Assembly (NCBI GenBank): GCA_012514235.1
Contig: JAAZAR010000008.1
Span: 4,593-68,592, forward strand
Direction: 5' to 3'
DNA from: Actinomycetota bacterium
Lineage (GTDB): Bacteria; Actinomycetota; Thermoleophilia; UBA2241
Length of the DNA: 64,000 bases
Shown here piece by piece: positions 1 to 10,059 of the stretch. Within the stretch, counting starts at the first letter, position 1. Each line of letters begins with the position of its first letter. The notes beneath the pieces are model-generated. The model saw nothing but the letters and a program-made list of their open reading frames with translations, did no database searches and was not told the DNA's origin. Made by a program: the position numbers and the translations under genes.

Positions 1-2250
1 AACCCGGGGCGCAAGAGCATGCCGGACATCGACATGGACTTCAGCGTGGCGCGCCGCGAAGAAGTCATCGACTACGTGGCGCGCAAGTACGGCCGCGACA
101 GGGTCGCCCAGATCATCACCTTCGGCACCATGGCGGCGCGCGCGGCCGTCCGCGATGCCGCGCGCGTCATGGGCAAGCCGTACGCCGTGGGCGACAAGAT
201 CGCCAAGATGATTCCCGAGCAGGCGCCGCCGGCGACCTTCGCCCAGGCCATGCTGCCCGGCAGCGAGCTCAGGCAGGCCTACGACGCCGACGAGGAGGTC
301 CGGGAGGTCGTCGACCTCGCCATGAGCCTCGAGGGGCTCATCCGCAACGACTCCATCCACGCGGCGGCGGTGGTCATCAGCGACAAGCCGCTCACCGAGT
401 ATCTGCCGCTGCAGCAGAAGGGGGACGCCGAGCTCGTCACGCAGTTCGACATGAACGACGTGGCCAGGCTCGGCCTCCTCAAGATGGACTTCCTCGGCCT
501 GCGCAACCTGGACGTCATCGAGAGGGCGCTCGAGATCATCGAGAAGACGCGCGGCGAGTGCATCGAGATCGACCGGGTGCCGCTGGACGACGAGAAGACG
601 TACAAGATGCTCGCCCGCGGCGACTCCACCGGCGTGTTCCAGTTCGAGAGCGCCGGCATGAAGGAGGCGCTGCGCGAGATCGGCCCCACCGAGTTCGAGG
701 ATCTCATCGCCATCGTGGCCCTGTACCGGCCCGGGCCCATGCAGTACATCCCCACGTACGCGCGCAACAAGAAGGACCCGGCCTCGGTCGTCTACGACCA
801 CGAGGCCCTGCGGCCCATCCTCGAGCCGACGCACGGCGTGACCATCTACCAGGAGCAGTACATGGCCATCGCCCGCCGGGTCGGCGGGTTCAGCCCCGCC
901 CAGGCGGACGACTTGCGCAAGGCCATCAGCAAGAAGAACAAGCAGCTGATGGCCACGCTCAAGGAGCCCCTCATGGAGGGGCTCGCCGAGAAGGGCGTCC
1001 CCCAGGCAGTGGCCAATAAGATGTGGGCCAACTTCGAGGCCACCGGCGACTACTCGTTCAACAAGAGTCACGCCGCCTGCTACGCGATGATCAGCTACCG
1101 CACCGCCTGGCTCAAGGCCAACTACCCGGTCGAGTACATGGCGGCGCTGGTCAGCAGCGTCATGAACACCAAGGACAAGGTGCCGTTCTACGTCCACCAG
1201 TGCCACGAGATGGGCATCGAGGTCCTGCCTCCGGACGTCAACACCAGCGACGTCGAGTTCACGGTCGTGGACGGCAAGATCCGCTTCGGCATGAACGCCG
1301 TGAAGGGCGTCGGCGTCGGCGCCATCGAGGCGATCATCGCGGCGCGCGAGGAGGGCGGTCCGTTCGAGTCCATCTACGACTTCTGCGCCCGCGTCGACTC
1401 GCAGATGGCCAACAAGCGGGTGCTCGAGGCGCTCATCCGCGCCGGCGCCTTCGACAGCACCGGCGACCCGCGCCGCGGCATGCTCGAGGCGCTCCCTCTC
1501 GCCATGGCCGATGGGGAGCGCCGGCGCAAGGACGCGGCCCACGGCCAGACCGGCCTGTTCGACCTGGTCGCGGCCGAGGACAGCGGTCACCCGAGGCCGG
1601 TGGTCCCACAGTGCGAGTTCGACCAGGCAACCAAGCTCAAGGCCGAGAAGGAGGCCCTCGGCCTGTACGTCTCGGCCCACCCGCTCCAGGGCCTGCGCGA
1701 GCAGTTGCGGGACGAGATCGAGATGCCCGTCGGCACGCTGGGCGACGCGCACGACGGGGCCGTCACCTGGACCGGCGGCATCGTCGCCAACGCCCAGAAG
1801 CGCGTGAGCAAGAACGGCGGTGTGTGGCTCCTCTTCCGCCTCGAGGACGTGGACGGCGCCGTGGAATGCCGTGCCTGGCCCAAGGTGTTCGAGCAGTACC
1901 GCGACGTGCTGGTCGAGGACGCGATCGTCAAGGTCAAGGGACGCATCGAGAAGCGCGCCGAGGGCGACAGCGTCCTGGCCGTGATCGAGGTCGTGCCGTT
2001 CAACGGCGTGAGCGAGTACCACCCGCTCACGGTGGTCATCGACGCAGGGTGCGTCGCGCCCACGGTCATCGACGACCTCAAGCGGGTGCTGTCCGACTTC
2101 CCCGGATCGGTGCCGGTGGTGCTGCAGATGGTGAACGGCGAGCAGCGGGCGCGTCTGCGCGTGGGGGACAAGTTGCGCGTGGAGCCCGTCGCCGGCCTGT
2201 ATGCCGAGCTCAAGGCGCTGCTCGGCGAGAGCTGCATCGGGGTCGGCTGA
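1..2250 (+). CDS. dnaE: DNA polymerase III alpha subunit, C-terminal ~750 aa (5' end lies outside the window)
   Basis: The reading frame is open to the window edge. The translation carries DnaE core and C-terminal motifs (LGLLKMDFLGLRNL, YRPGPMQYIP, FNKSHAACYA, EKEALGLYVSAHPL). Confidence 0.93.
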   Translation, partial: NPGRKSMPDIDMDFSVARREEVIDYVARKYGRDRVAQIITFGTMAARAAVRDAARVMGKPYAVGDKIAKMIPEQAPPATFAQAMLPGSELRQAYDADEEVREVVDLAMSLEGLIRNDSIHAAAVVISDKPLTEYLPLQQKGDAELVTQFDMNDVARLGLLKMDFLGLRNLDVIERALEIIEKTRGECIEIDRVPLDDEKTYKMLARGDSTGVFQFESAGMKEALREIGPTEFEDLIAIVALYRPGPMQYIPTYARNKKDPASVVYDHEALRPILEPTHGVTIYQEQYMAIARRVGGFSPAQADDLRKAISKKNKQLMATLKEPLMEGLAEKGVPQAVANKMWANFEATGDYSFNKSHAACYAMISYRTAWLKANYPVEYMAALVSSVMNTKDKVPFYVHQCHEMGIEVLPPDVNTSDVEFTVVDGKIRFGMNAVKGVGVGAIEAIIAAREEGGPFESIYDFCARVDSQMANKRVLEALIRAGAFDSTGDPRRGMLEALPLAMADGERRRKDAAHGQTGLFDLVAAEDSGHPRPVVPQCEFDQATKLKAEKEALGLYVSAHPLQGLREQLRDEIEMPVGTLGDAHDGAVTWTGGIVANAQKRVSKNGGVWLLFRLEDVDGAVECRAWPKVFEQYRDVLVEDAIVKVKGRIEKRAEGDSVLAVIEVVPFNGVSEYHPLTVVIDAGCVAPTVIDDLKRVLSDFPGSVPVVLQMVNGEQRARLRVGDKLRVEPVAGLYAELKALLGESCIGVG

Positions 2251-2274
2251 CGCGGCGGCGCGAGGAGGAGTCAC

Positions 2275-3471
2275 GTGATCCCTGAGGGCATGCGGGACGT
2301 GCTGCCGCCCGAGACGCGGCGGCTGCGGGCGGTCGAGGACCGGCTCCGCGAGCGGTTCGCCGCGTACGGCTACGGTGAGGTGCGCACCCCTTGGCTCGAG
2401 TTCGCCGAGACGCTCGAGGCGCCGGACGACGCCACGCTCGCCGCGGGCTACCGCCTGCACGACGAGCAAGGCCACGAGCTCATGGTGCGCACCGACATGA
2501 CGATCTCCGTGGCGCGCATGGCCGCCGACCGCTGCGACGACGATCCCCTGCCGCTTCGCTTCTGCTACGTGGCCCCGAGCATCCGTCCCTGGGCGCCGCA
2601 GCGGGGCCAGGACGGCGAGTTCCGGCAGGCCGGCGCCGAGCTGCTCGGGCTGGACTGGGCCGAGGCCGACGCCGAGTGCGTGACGCTCCTCTGCGACGCG
2701 CTCGCGGGGATCGGCCTGCCCGAGTTCACCGTCACGCTGGGGTCCGCCGCCTACCAGCGGGCGCTCATCGACTCCCTCGGGCTCGCCGAGGACGACCGCG
2801 AGACCTTCACCCAGGCGCTCGCCGACCGCGACTACCCGCTCATGGAGAGCGTGGCCGGCAACGCCGCGGTGGACGAGGACGCGCTCAGGATCCTGTGGCG
2901 CGTCCTCGAGCTGAGCGGCGGGGAGGACATCCTCTCGCAGGCGCGCAAGCTGGCTCGCAACGAGGTGATGCGTGAGGCCGTCGCCCGGCTCGCGCGCGTG
3001 CGCGACCTCGTCGAGGACGCCGGGTTCGGCCGGCACCTCGCCTTCGATTTCGGCCTCATCCAGGAACTCGGCTACTACACCGGGCTGATCGTCGAGGCCT
3101 ATGCGCCCGGCGTCGGGCTGCCGGTCGCCACCGGGGGCCGGTACGATGGCCTGCCGGCGCGCTTTGAGTGGGACATCCCGGGCGTCGGGTTCGCCGTCGC
3201 CGTCGACCGCGCCGCCGACGCTTTGGATGAAGCCGGCGTGGGCCTCGTCATCCCGCCGGCCGCCATCCCCTTCGTCGGCGGTCTCGAGGCGCCGGTGCGG
3301 GCCGCGGAGCTGCGCCGCGCCGGCGTCCCCGTCTCGGCGCTCCCCGAGGACGCCACGGGAGTCGGGCCGCCGCTCCTGGTGCGCCGCGGCGGCGCGTACG
3401 TGCTCCGCCTCGCCGACGGACGTGAGGTCGGCGGCGACCCGGGCGAGATCGCCGCGGCACTGGGGCTTTGA
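2275..3471 (+). CDS. hisZ: ATP phosphoribosyltransferase regulatory subunit (HisRS-like paralog)
   Basis: 398 aa with a class-II HisRS-like catalytic core (MIPEGMRDVLP, RFCYVAPSIRP, GGRYD). It sits directly upstream of a short-form hisG, and its stop overlaps the hisG start. Confidence 0.85.
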   Translation: MIPEGMRDVLPPETRRLRAVEDRLRERFAAYGYGEVRTPWLEFAETLEAPDDATLAAGYRLHDEQGHELMVRTDMTISVARMAADRCDDDPLPLRFCYVAPSIRPWAPQRGQDGEFRQAGAELLGLDWAEADAECVTLLCDALAGIGLPEFTVTLGSAAYQRALIDSLGLAEDDRETFTQALADRDYPLMESVAGNAAVDEDALRILWRVLELSGGEDILSQARKLARNEVMREAVARLARVRDLVEDAGFGRHLAFDFGLIQELGYYTGLIVEAYAPGVGLPVATGGRYDGLPARFEWDIPGVGFAVAVDRAADALDEAGVGLVIPPAAIPFVGGLEAPVRAAELRRAGVPVSALPEDATGVGPPLLVRRGGAYVLRLADGREVGGDPGEIAAALGL

Positions 3472-4094
3472 TGAGGATCGGCCTCGCCTGCGATGCCGGC
3501 GCGCCGCCGCCGGACGTGCTCGACCTGCTCGCTGCGGCAGGCCTGCCGGCCGACGCGCTTCGCGACGGCGAGCCTCCCGCCCTCATCGCCGCCGGCTCCA
3601 CCACCTGGTTCCTCGGCTCCGCTGGCGACGTGCTGCGCGCCTGTGACCGGGGGGCGCTCGACGCCGGTGTGGTCGGCAGCGACCATCTCCTCGAGGGACG
3701 GCTGGGGGCGGCAGACCTCCTCGACCTGTGCCGTTGCCGCGACGAGTTGGTGTTCGCCGTCGCCCCGACGTCGGTGCGGGCGGACCGGCGACTACGGGTG
3801 GCCACCAGGCATCCCGACACGGCGCGTCGCTACTTCGACGAGAGCGGCGCCCAACCGGACGTCTTCGTCCTGGACGAGCCCGTCCTGGCGCCGGCCCTGG
3901 GGCTCGCCGACGGCGTCGTGGAGCTCAAGGCGCGCGTCCGCACCGGCCTGGCGGGCGTCCCGGACCTCGAGACGCGCGCCATCGTCGCCACCTGCAGTGC
4001 CCACCTCGTGGCTTCGCGAGCGGCGCGCGTCCTTCGGCGAGCCGACTTCGCCGCCCTCATCGACCGGCTGCGCGCCGCCCTGGAGGACACATGA
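3468..4094 (+). CDS. hisG: ATP phosphoribosyltransferase, short form
   Basis: 208 aa, the short HisG length that requires HisZ. It lies between hisZ and hisD with ATGA overlaps on both sides. Confidence 0.8.
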   Translation: MMRIGLACDAGAPPPDVLDLLAAAGLPADALRDGEPPALIAAGSTTWFLGSAGDVLRACDRGALDAGVVGSDHLLEGRLGAADLLDLCRCRDELVFAVAPTSVRADRRLRVATRHPDTARRYFDESGAQPDVFVLDEPVLAPALGLADGVVELKARVRTGLAGVPDLETRAIVATCSAHLVASRAARVLRRADFAALIDRLRAALEDT

Positions 4095-5350
4095 GACACG
4101 TGCCCTGGAACGACGACGTGGGTGCGATCGTTGCGACGCTGAGGGCGCTGGCGCCGCCGCCTGCCGAGGTGCACGCCGCGGCGGCGGCCATCGTCGCCGA
4201 CGTGCGGGTCCGCGGCGACGACGCCGTCCGGGAGCAGACGCTGCGCCTCGACGGCGTCGCGCTCGAGGACGAGTACGCCGTGCCCGCCGCCGAGCTGCGG
4301 GCCCGGCTGGACGCACTCGCGCCGTCGCTCCGCGCGGCGCTCGAGACGGCTGCCGCCAACATCCGCGCCTACCACGAGCGCGAGGCGGTCGCGCCGTGGC
4401 GGGCGACCCTGGCCCAGGGCCAGGTCGTGGGGCAGGAGGTCGTCCCGCTGGCGGCCGCCGGGCTCTACGTGCCCGGCGGCCTCGCCGACTATCCGTCGTC
4501 CGTGCTCATGACGGCGATCCCGGCGCAGGTGGCCGGCGTCGAGCGCATCGTCGTCTGCTCGCCGCCTCGACCGGGCGGCGGCGCGGCCGCCGGCGTGGCC
4601 GCCGCCTGCGCCCTGCTCGGCATCGAGCACCTGTATCCCATCGGCGGCGCCCAGGCAGTCGCGGCCATGGCGCTCGGCACTGCCCGCGTGCCGCGCTGCG
4701 ACGTCGTCGTCGGCCCCGGCAACGCCTACGTCACCGAGGCCAAACGGCTCCTCGTCGGCGAGGTCGGCATCGACAGCCTGGCCGGCCCGAGTGAGGTGCT
4801 CATCATCGCCGACGAGACGGGCGAGCCGGAGTGGCTGGCCGCAGACCTGCTCGCCCAGGCCGAGCACGGGTCAGGCGCCATGGCGTGCCTCGCGGACGTC
4901 GGCGGCGCGCTCGCTGCACCCGTCGCGGCAGCAGTCGGCCGGCTCTCCGCCGAGCTGGGGATCGCCACGGATGGCGTCGCCGTCGTCGAGTGCCCGGACC
5001 GTGACGCGGCGCTCGCCCTGAGCAACGCGTTCGCGCCGGAGCACCTCGAGCTGCACTGCACGGACTCACAAGGCCTGCTCGCCGGGGTGCGCAACGCCGG
5101 CGCCGTCTTCGTCGGGCCCTGCGCCGCCACCGCCTTCGCCGACTACATCGCGGGGACGAACCACGTGCTGCCCACCGGAGGCTCCGCCCGCTTCGGCCAG
5201 GGCCTCTCGGTCGACACTTTCCGCAAGCGCGTGGCTGTGGTAGAACTCGACGGCCCCGCCGCCGCCGCCCTGGCGCCGCAGGTGGCGGTCATCGCCGAGG
5301 AGGAGGGCCTGCGCGCTCACGCGCTCTCCGCCCGCCTCCGGGCCGAGTGA
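4091..5350 (+). CDS. hisD: Histidinol dehydrogenase
   Basis: Motifs GGAQAVAAMA, GPGNAYVTEAKR, AGPSEVLIIAD and AQAEHG. I chose the ATG at 4091 (ATGA overlap with the hisG stop). The longer ORF starting at 3728 overlaps hisG out of frame. Confidence 0.93.
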   Translation: MRHVPWNDDVGAIVATLRALAPPPAEVHAAAAAIVADVRVRGDDAVREQTLRLDGVALEDEYAVPAAELRARLDALAPSLRAALETAAANIRAYHEREAVAPWRATLAQGQVVGQEVVPLAAAGLYVPGGLADYPSSVLMTAIPAQVAGVERIVVCSPPRPGGGAAAGVAAACALLGIEHLYPIGGAQAVAAMALGTARVPRCDVVVGPGNAYVTEAKRLLVGEVGIDSLAGPSEVLIIADETGEPEWLAADLLAQAEHGSGAMACLADVGGALAAPVAAAVGRLSAELGIATDGVAVVECPDRDAALALSNAFAPEHLELHCTDSQGLLAGVRNAGAVFVGPCAATAFADYIAGTNHVLPTGGSARFGQGLSVDTFRKRVAVVELDGPAAAALAPQVAVIAEEEGLRAHALSARLRAE

Positions 5351-5360
5351 GGAGCTGGCA

Positions 5361-5999
5361 ATGGACAGCCGTACTCGATCAACCCAGGGGGGCGCCGAAG
5401 GGACACCGCTCCCCGCACGCCGGGCGCGCATCGAACGCGCCACCAGCGAGACCGACATCACCCTCACCCTGGACCTCGACGGGACCGGGCATGCGGACGT
5501 CGTCACCGGCATCGGCTTCCTCGACCACATGCTCACGCTCTTCGCGCACCACGGCCGGTTCGACCTCACGGTGCGCGCGGGTGGCGACCTGCACGTAGAC
5601 GGGCACCACACGGTCGAGGACATCGGACTGACCCTCGGGCAGGCGCTGCGCGAAGCGCTCGGCGACAAGCGCGGCATCCGCCGGTACGGCGCGTTTCTGC
5701 TGCCCATGGACGAGGCGCTCGCCCAGGTGGCCCTCGACCTCTCCGGCCGCCCGTACTTCGCCCACGACCTGCGGCTCTCGGGGGTGCGCATCGGGGAGTT
5801 CGACGCCAGCCTCACGCCGCACTTCTTCCGCTCGCTGGCCACGGAGAGCGGGATGACCCTGCACGTGAGCCTGCTCGCTGGCAGCGACGCGCACCACATG
5901 GTGGAGGCGGTCTTCAAGGCCTTTGCGCGGGCGCTCGCCGAGGCGTGTGACCGTCACGGCCGCGCTGACGAGGTCCCGTCCACCAAAGGCATGCTGTGA
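5361..5999 (+). CDS. hisB: Imidazoleglycerol-phosphate dehydratase
   Basis: 212 aa with IGPD motifs (RATSETDITLTLDLDG, DGHHTVEDIG, DAHHMVEAVFKAFARAL). Confidence 0.93.
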   Translation: MDSRTRSTQGGAEGTPLPARRARIERATSETDITLTLDLDGTGHADVVTGIGFLDHMLTLFAHHGRFDLTVRAGGDLHVDGHHTVEDIGLTLGQALREALGDKRGIRRYGAFLLPMDEALAQVALDLSGRPYFAHDLRLSGVRIGEFDASLTPHFFRSLATESGMTLHVSLLAGSDAHHMVEAVFKAFARALAEACDRHGRADEVPSTKGML

Positions 6000-6000
6000 A

Positions 6001-6660
6001 GTGACCGTGGGCGCGCCCTCCCACGTCCCGCCGCGCGTCGCCGTCGTGGACTACGGCATGGGCAACCTCGCCAGCGTCGCCAAGGCGCTGGCGCGCAGCG
6101 GCGCCGACGTGCGGGTCACGCAGAGCGCCGCGGAGGTCCGCGGCGCCGCGGGCGTGGTCCTGCCCGGCGTCGGCGCCTTCGGCGACGCGGCCGCGCGGCT
6201 CGAGCAGACCGGCCTGGGGGCCGTGGTCCTCGAGCGGATCGCGGCCGGCACGCCGTTCCTCGGCGTGTGCCTTGGCCTCCAGCTGCTCTTCGAGAGCAGC
6301 AGCGAAGGCGGCCGCCGGCCGGGCCTCGGTGTGCTCGGCGGGACCGTCGAGCTTCTGCCGACCGACCTCAAGGTGCCGCACATCGGCTGGAACGACCTGG
6401 AGTGGGGGCCGGCCGGCGCGGGCATGGCCCGCGGACTGCCGGCCCCGGCCATCGTCTACTTCGTGCACTCGTACGCCGCCCTCCCGACCGACCCGGCCGT
6501 GGTCGCGGCGACCACGGACTACGGCGGCCGGGTGGTCGCGGCAGTGGCGCGCGACAACGTATGGGCGGTACAGTTCCACCCTGAGAAGAGCTCCGCCGTC
6601 GGGCTCCAGCTGCTCGGCAACTTCGTCGCCACCATCCGTCAGGAGGCCGGACTCTCATGA
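6001..6660 (+). CDS. hisH: Imidazole glycerol phosphate synthase, glutamine amidotransferase subunit
   Basis: Motifs [14 protein letters not shown], the catalytic-Cys motif GVCLGLQLL, and FVHSY. The start is set at the GTG at 6001, just after the hisB stop; the GTG at 6007 is also possible. Confidence 0.9.
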   Translation: MTVGAPSHVPPRVAVVDYGMGNLASVAKALARSGADVRVTQSAAEVRGAAGVVLPGVGAFGDAAARLEQTGLGAVVLERIAAGTPFLGVCLGLQLLFESSSEGGRRPGLGVLGGTVELLPTDLKVPHIGWNDLEWGPAGAGMARGLPAPAIVYFVHSYAALPTDPAVVAATTDYGGRVVAAVARDNVWAVQFHPEKSSAVGLQLLGNFVATIRQEAGLS

Positions 6661-7382
6661 TCGTCTTCCCAGCCGTCGACATCCAGGGCGGCAAGGCCGT
6701 GCGTCTCCGCCGCGGCGACTTCGACGACGTCACGGTCTTCAGCGACGACCCCGTCGAGCTGGCCCGCTACTGGCAGGACCAGGGCGCCGAGGCGTTGCAT
6801 GTCATCGACCTCGACGCGGCCCGCACCGGCGAGCTCACCAACTTCAGGATCGTCGAGCGGATCGTCGAGGCGCTCGACATCCCGGTGCAGTACGGCGGCG
6901 GCATCCGCACGCCCAAGTCGCTCGCCTACATGGCCGGGGTCGGCGTGCACTGGGTCGTCATGGGGACCGCCGCCGTCACGGCACAGGACCTGCTCGGCGA
7001 CGCCGTCAACTGGCTCGGCGGCCGCCTCGTGGTCGGTCTCGACTGCACGGACGGCATGGTCGCCACGCACGGCTGGCAGCAGCGGTCGCAGATGAGCGCC
7101 ATCCGCATGGTCAAGCTGCTGGCGGAGCGGGGCGTCACGCGGGTCGTGTACACGGACACGGCGCGCGACGGCATGCTCGGCGGACCCAACCTCGTGGGTC
7201 TCAAGGACCTCGCCGAGGTGTCGCCGCTCGAGATCATCCTCTCCGGCGGCATCGCGTTGCTCGACGACCTCAGGCGGCTGAGGCGGCTGGAGGAGCCCAA
7301 GGTGGTGGGCGTCATCGTCGGACGGGCGCTCTACGAGAAGTCGTTCACGCTGCCCGACGCGCTCGCAGTCTTCGCCCGCTGA
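6657..7382 (+). CDS. hisA: ProFAR isomerase (HisA; possibly the bifunctional PriA type found in Actinomycetota)
   Basis: 241 aa TIM-barrel protein with [17 protein letters not shown] and GGGIR motifs. Its start forms an ATGA overlap with the hisH stop. Confidence 0.88.
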   Translation: MIVFPAVDIQGGKAVRLRRGDFDDVTVFSDDPVELARYWQDQGAEALHVIDLDAARTGELTNFRIVERIVEALDIPVQYGGGIRTPKSLAYMAGVGVHWVVMGTAAVTAQDLLGDAVNWLGGRLVVGLDCTDGMVATHGWQQRSQMSAIRMVKLLAERGVTRVVYTDTARDGMLGGPNLVGLKDLAEVSPLEIILSGGIALLDDLRRLRRLEEPKVVGVIVGRALYEKSFTLPDALAVFAR

Positions 7383-7390
7383 GGGGCCCC

Positions 7391-8206
7391 GTGCACCGCA
7401 AGCGCATCATCCCGTGCCTCGACGTCCGCGACGGCAGGGTCGTTAAGGGCGTCAACTTCGTCGGCATCCGCGACGCCGGCGACCCCGTCGAGCTGGCGGC
7501 GCGCTACGACGCCGAGGGCGCGGACGAGCTCATCTTCCTCGACATCACGGCGTCGCACGAGCGCCGCGACATCATCATCGACCTCGCGGCGCGCTGCGCG
7601 GACCAGGTGTTCATCCCGTTCACCATCGGCGGCGGCCTCGGCAGTGTGGACGACGTGCGCGCGGTGCTGGCGGCCGGCGCCGACAAGGTCTCCATGAACA
7701 CCGCCGCCGTGCAGGACCCCGGGCTGGTCCGCCGTTGCTCGCAGCGGTTCGGGGCGCAGTGCATCGTGGTCGCCATCGACGCGCGCCGCATCCCCGGGCG
7801 CGGGGAGGAGGGCCGCCCGCCGCGCTGGGAGGTCTACCTGCACGGCGGCCGCACCCCCACCGGCATCGACGCCGTCGAGTGGGCGGCGCGCGCCGCGGAG
7901 CTCGGAGCCGGCGAGTTCATGCTCACGAGCATGGACCGCGACGGCACGCTCGACGGTTACGACCTCGAGCTCACGCGCGCGGTGGCCCGCGAGGTCGGCG
8001 TGCCGGTGATCGCCTCCGGCGGCGCCGGCACGCTCGAGCACCTCGCCGCCGGCCTGCTCGACGGCGAAGCCGACGCAGTGCTCGCGGCCAGCATCTTCCA
8101 CTACGGCACGTACTCCATCGCCGAGACCAAGGAGTACCTCGCCGCACGCGGCGTGCCTGTGCGCCCGGTCGCCGCCTCCTCGGGGACGGAGTCAGGCGCA
8201 CCGTGA
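7391..8206 (+). CDS. hisF: Imidazole glycerol phosphate synthase, cyclase subunit
   Basis: Motifs [27 protein letters not shown] and ASGGAG. It starts at the GTG at 7391. The upstream part of the 644-aa ORF lies out of frame over hisH/hisA. Confidence 0.93.
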   Translation: MHRKRIIPCLDVRDGRVVKGVNFVGIRDAGDPVELAARYDAEGADELIFLDITASHERRDIIIDLAARCADQVFIPFTIGGGLGSVDDVRAVLAAGADKVSMNTAAVQDPGLVRRCSQRFGAQCIVVAIDARRIPGRGEEGRPPRWEVYLHGGRTPTGIDAVEWAARAAELGAGEFMLTSMDRDGTLDGYDLELTRAVAREVGVPVIASGGAGTLEHLAAGLLDGEADAVLAASIFHYGTYSIAETKEYLAARGVPVRPVAASSGTESGAP

Positions 8207-8237
8207 GGCCGGTCACCCGCACGATCTCTGCGGCGCC

Positions 8238-8933
8238 GTGACCGGGCCGCTCGTCGTGGACCTGGCCGGCCCGGAGGGTGCCGACGCGCGGCGGCTGGCC
8301 GGGCTGCTGGCCGGCGCGCGCCTCGCCTGCTTCCCTACCGACACCGTGTACGGCCTGGGCGGGGCGGTGACGCCGGCGGTGCGCGAGGCGCTGGTCGCCG
8401 CCAAGGGTCGCGAAGCGGGCAAGCCGCTCCAGGTCGTGTATGCGTCACTGGGGCTGCTCGAGGCTTCGCTCGAGCTGGGGCCCCGGCTGCTCGAGGCGGT
8501 TCGCCGTCTCCTGCCGGGGCCGTTCACGCTGGTGGTGCCCTGCCCGACAGACGTCGCGGTCCCTCCGGCGGGAGAGGTGCCGCTGCACGCGCTGGGGAGC
8601 GTCGGGGAGACGGGCGTGGCCACACTGGGCGTCCGGGTGCCGGCCTGGCCCGCAGCTGCCCGGGCGCTCGGCGAGCTGCCGTTCCCCCTGCTCGCCTCCA
8701 GCGCCAACCCGAGCGGGGGAGAGGCCCCGCGGTCCGTGGACGAGGTGGACGGCGGCCTGCTGGCCGCCTGCGACCTCGTCCTCGACGCGGGGCCGGTCGG
8801 CGGCGAGGCGTCTGCGGTCGTCGACCTGAGCAGCTACGAGGAGGACGGCGCCTGGCGTATCCTGCGCCCTGGGACCGTCGACGAACGAGGCATCGCCGAC
8901 CTGCTGGCCGGCGGGGAGGAGTCACACGCATGA
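8238..8933 (+). CDS. tsaC: L-threonylcarbamoyladenylate synthase (YrdC/Sua5 domain protein)
   Basis: 231 aa with YrdC-domain motifs (CFPTDTVYGLGG, LASSANPSG). Confidence 0.72.
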   Translation: MTGPLVVDLAGPEGADARRLAGLLAGARLACFPTDTVYGLGGAVTPAVREALVAAKGREAGKPLQVVYASLGLLEASLELGPRLLEAVRRLLPGPFTLVVPCPTDVAVPPAGEVPLHALGSVGETGVATLGVRVPAWPAAARALGELPFPLLASSANPSGGEAPRSVDEVDGGLLAACDLVLDAGPVGGEASAVVDLSSYEEDGAWRILRPGTVDERGIADLLAGGEESHA

Positions 8934-9823
8934 GGACACTGCCCTTCACCCAGCTGGACGTGTTCACGGATCGCCCGTTCTCCGGCAACCCGCTGGCGGT
9001 CTTCCCGGAGGCCGAGGGGCTCACCGCCGTGCAGATGCAGGCCATCGCCAGCGAGATGAACCTCTCCGAGACCGTGTTCATCCTGCCGCCCGAGGGCGAC
9101 GGCGACGCGCGCGTGCGCATCTTCACGCCTGCCCTCGAGCTGCCCTTCGCCGGCCACCCGAGTGTCGGCACCGCCTGCGAGCTCGTGAGACTCCGCCTGG
9201 TCGACGTGTACCAGCCCGTCACGAGGGTCGTGCTCGAGCTCGACGTGGGTCCCACCGTCGTGGAGGTCGCCGTGCGCGAGGGGCAGCCGGTATCCGGGAC
9301 CGTCCACCAGCGGCCCCCGGTCTTCGGCCCGCCCGCTCCACGCGGCGCTGTCGCCGCCGTCCTCGGGCTGGCCGTGGACGACCTGCATCCGGAGTTCGAC
9401 CCTGTTCCCGTCGACACCGGCCTCCGCTACACGATCATCCCGCTCGCCTCGCAACGGGCGCTCGCGCGCGTCTCGCTTCAGCTCGACCTGGCGGAGGAGT
9501 TCGAGCGCCGCCACGCCGAGATCTACCCGTGCGCTTTCACGGGACAGGACACCCCCTGGATCGAGGCCCGCGGGCTGTTCCCGTTCGCCGGCATCACCGA
9601 GGACCCGGCCACCGGCAGCGCCGCCGGGCCGCTCGCCGCGTACATGGCGCGGGAGGGCGTGCTGCCGATGGACGAGGAACGGGTCGTGCTGCAGGGCGCG
9701 CAGATCGGCCGGCCGAGCTTCCTCACGGTGGCCGTCTCGGGCGCGCCGGACGCGATCACCGACGTGCGCGTCGGCGGCCGCGTCCACCCGGTCCTCAAGG
9801 GAGAGCTCTTCCTTCCGGACTGA
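8930..9823 (+). CDS. PhzF-family isomerase-like protein
   Basis: 297 aa with the typical PhzF N-terminus (LPFTQLDVFTDRPFSGNPLAVF), FAGHPSVG, and TEDPATGSA in the C-terminal half. Confidence 0.85.
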   Translation: MRTLPFTQLDVFTDRPFSGNPLAVFPEAEGLTAVQMQAIASEMNLSETVFILPPEGDGDARVRIFTPALELPFAGHPSVGTACELVRLRLVDVYQPVTRVVLELDVGPTVVEVAVREGQPVSGTVHQRPPVFGPPAPRGAVAAVLGLAVDDLHPEFDPVPVDTGLRYTIIPLASQRALARVSLQLDLAEEFERRHAEIYPCAFTGQDTPWIEARGLFPFAGITEDPATGSAAGPLAAYMAREGVLPMDEERVVLQGAQIGRPSFLTVAVSGAPDAITDVRVGGRVHPVLKGELFLPD

Positions 9824-9845
9824 CCGGCGGCCCCAGCGGCGAGAC

Positions 9846-9948
9846 GGCGCCGGCCCGCAAGTGCCGCTCCGGCGCGCGGACTACTGCACGGGAGCGGGAG
9901 TGATCGGGCGCCGGCCCGCAAGGGCCCCGCGGCGCACGGACTGATACA
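9846..9948 (+). repeat. Two tandem copies (period ~61 nt) of a GC-rich stem-loop element with a GCAA tetraloop, downstream of the PhzF-like gene
   Basis: GGCGCCGGCCCGCAAG is perfectly repeated at 9846 and 9907, each followed by GGCGC(G/A)CGGACT. Each copy can fold as GCGCC..GGCCC-GCAA-G(G/T)GCC..GGCGC. Confidence 0.6.
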
Positions 9949-10059
9949 ATCGACCCCCTGTAGCCGCGGCGCGGCCCTGGCCGCCGACGCGCCCGGAGGG
10001 GGCGCTCCGGCGCCTCCTGCCGCGCCGTGCTGTCGCCGTCTGAGCAGAAGGAGCTCGTC

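Noticed and set aside
3728-4090. The N-terminal extension of the hisD ORF. Analogous 5' extensions appear on the ORFs for hisF (6272), atpB (13797), glyA (10374), the dCMP deaminase (10520), wecA (11422), PMM (30496), NT2 (36130), comF (37401) and the MTs (50970, 57786, 61737).
   Set aside because: In each case the extension overlaps the preceding, clearly homologous gene in another frame and is Arg/Pro/Gly-rich. Conserved protein sequence begins at an internal start that forms a 1-4-nt overlap with the upstream stop.
2275-8206. The absence of hisC and hisI/hisE from the his cluster, as a possible anomaly.
   Set aside because: Split his regulons, with hisC, hisI, hisE and hisN elsewhere, are common, so the window alone cannot show a pathway gap. 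I noted it only for annotation purposes.
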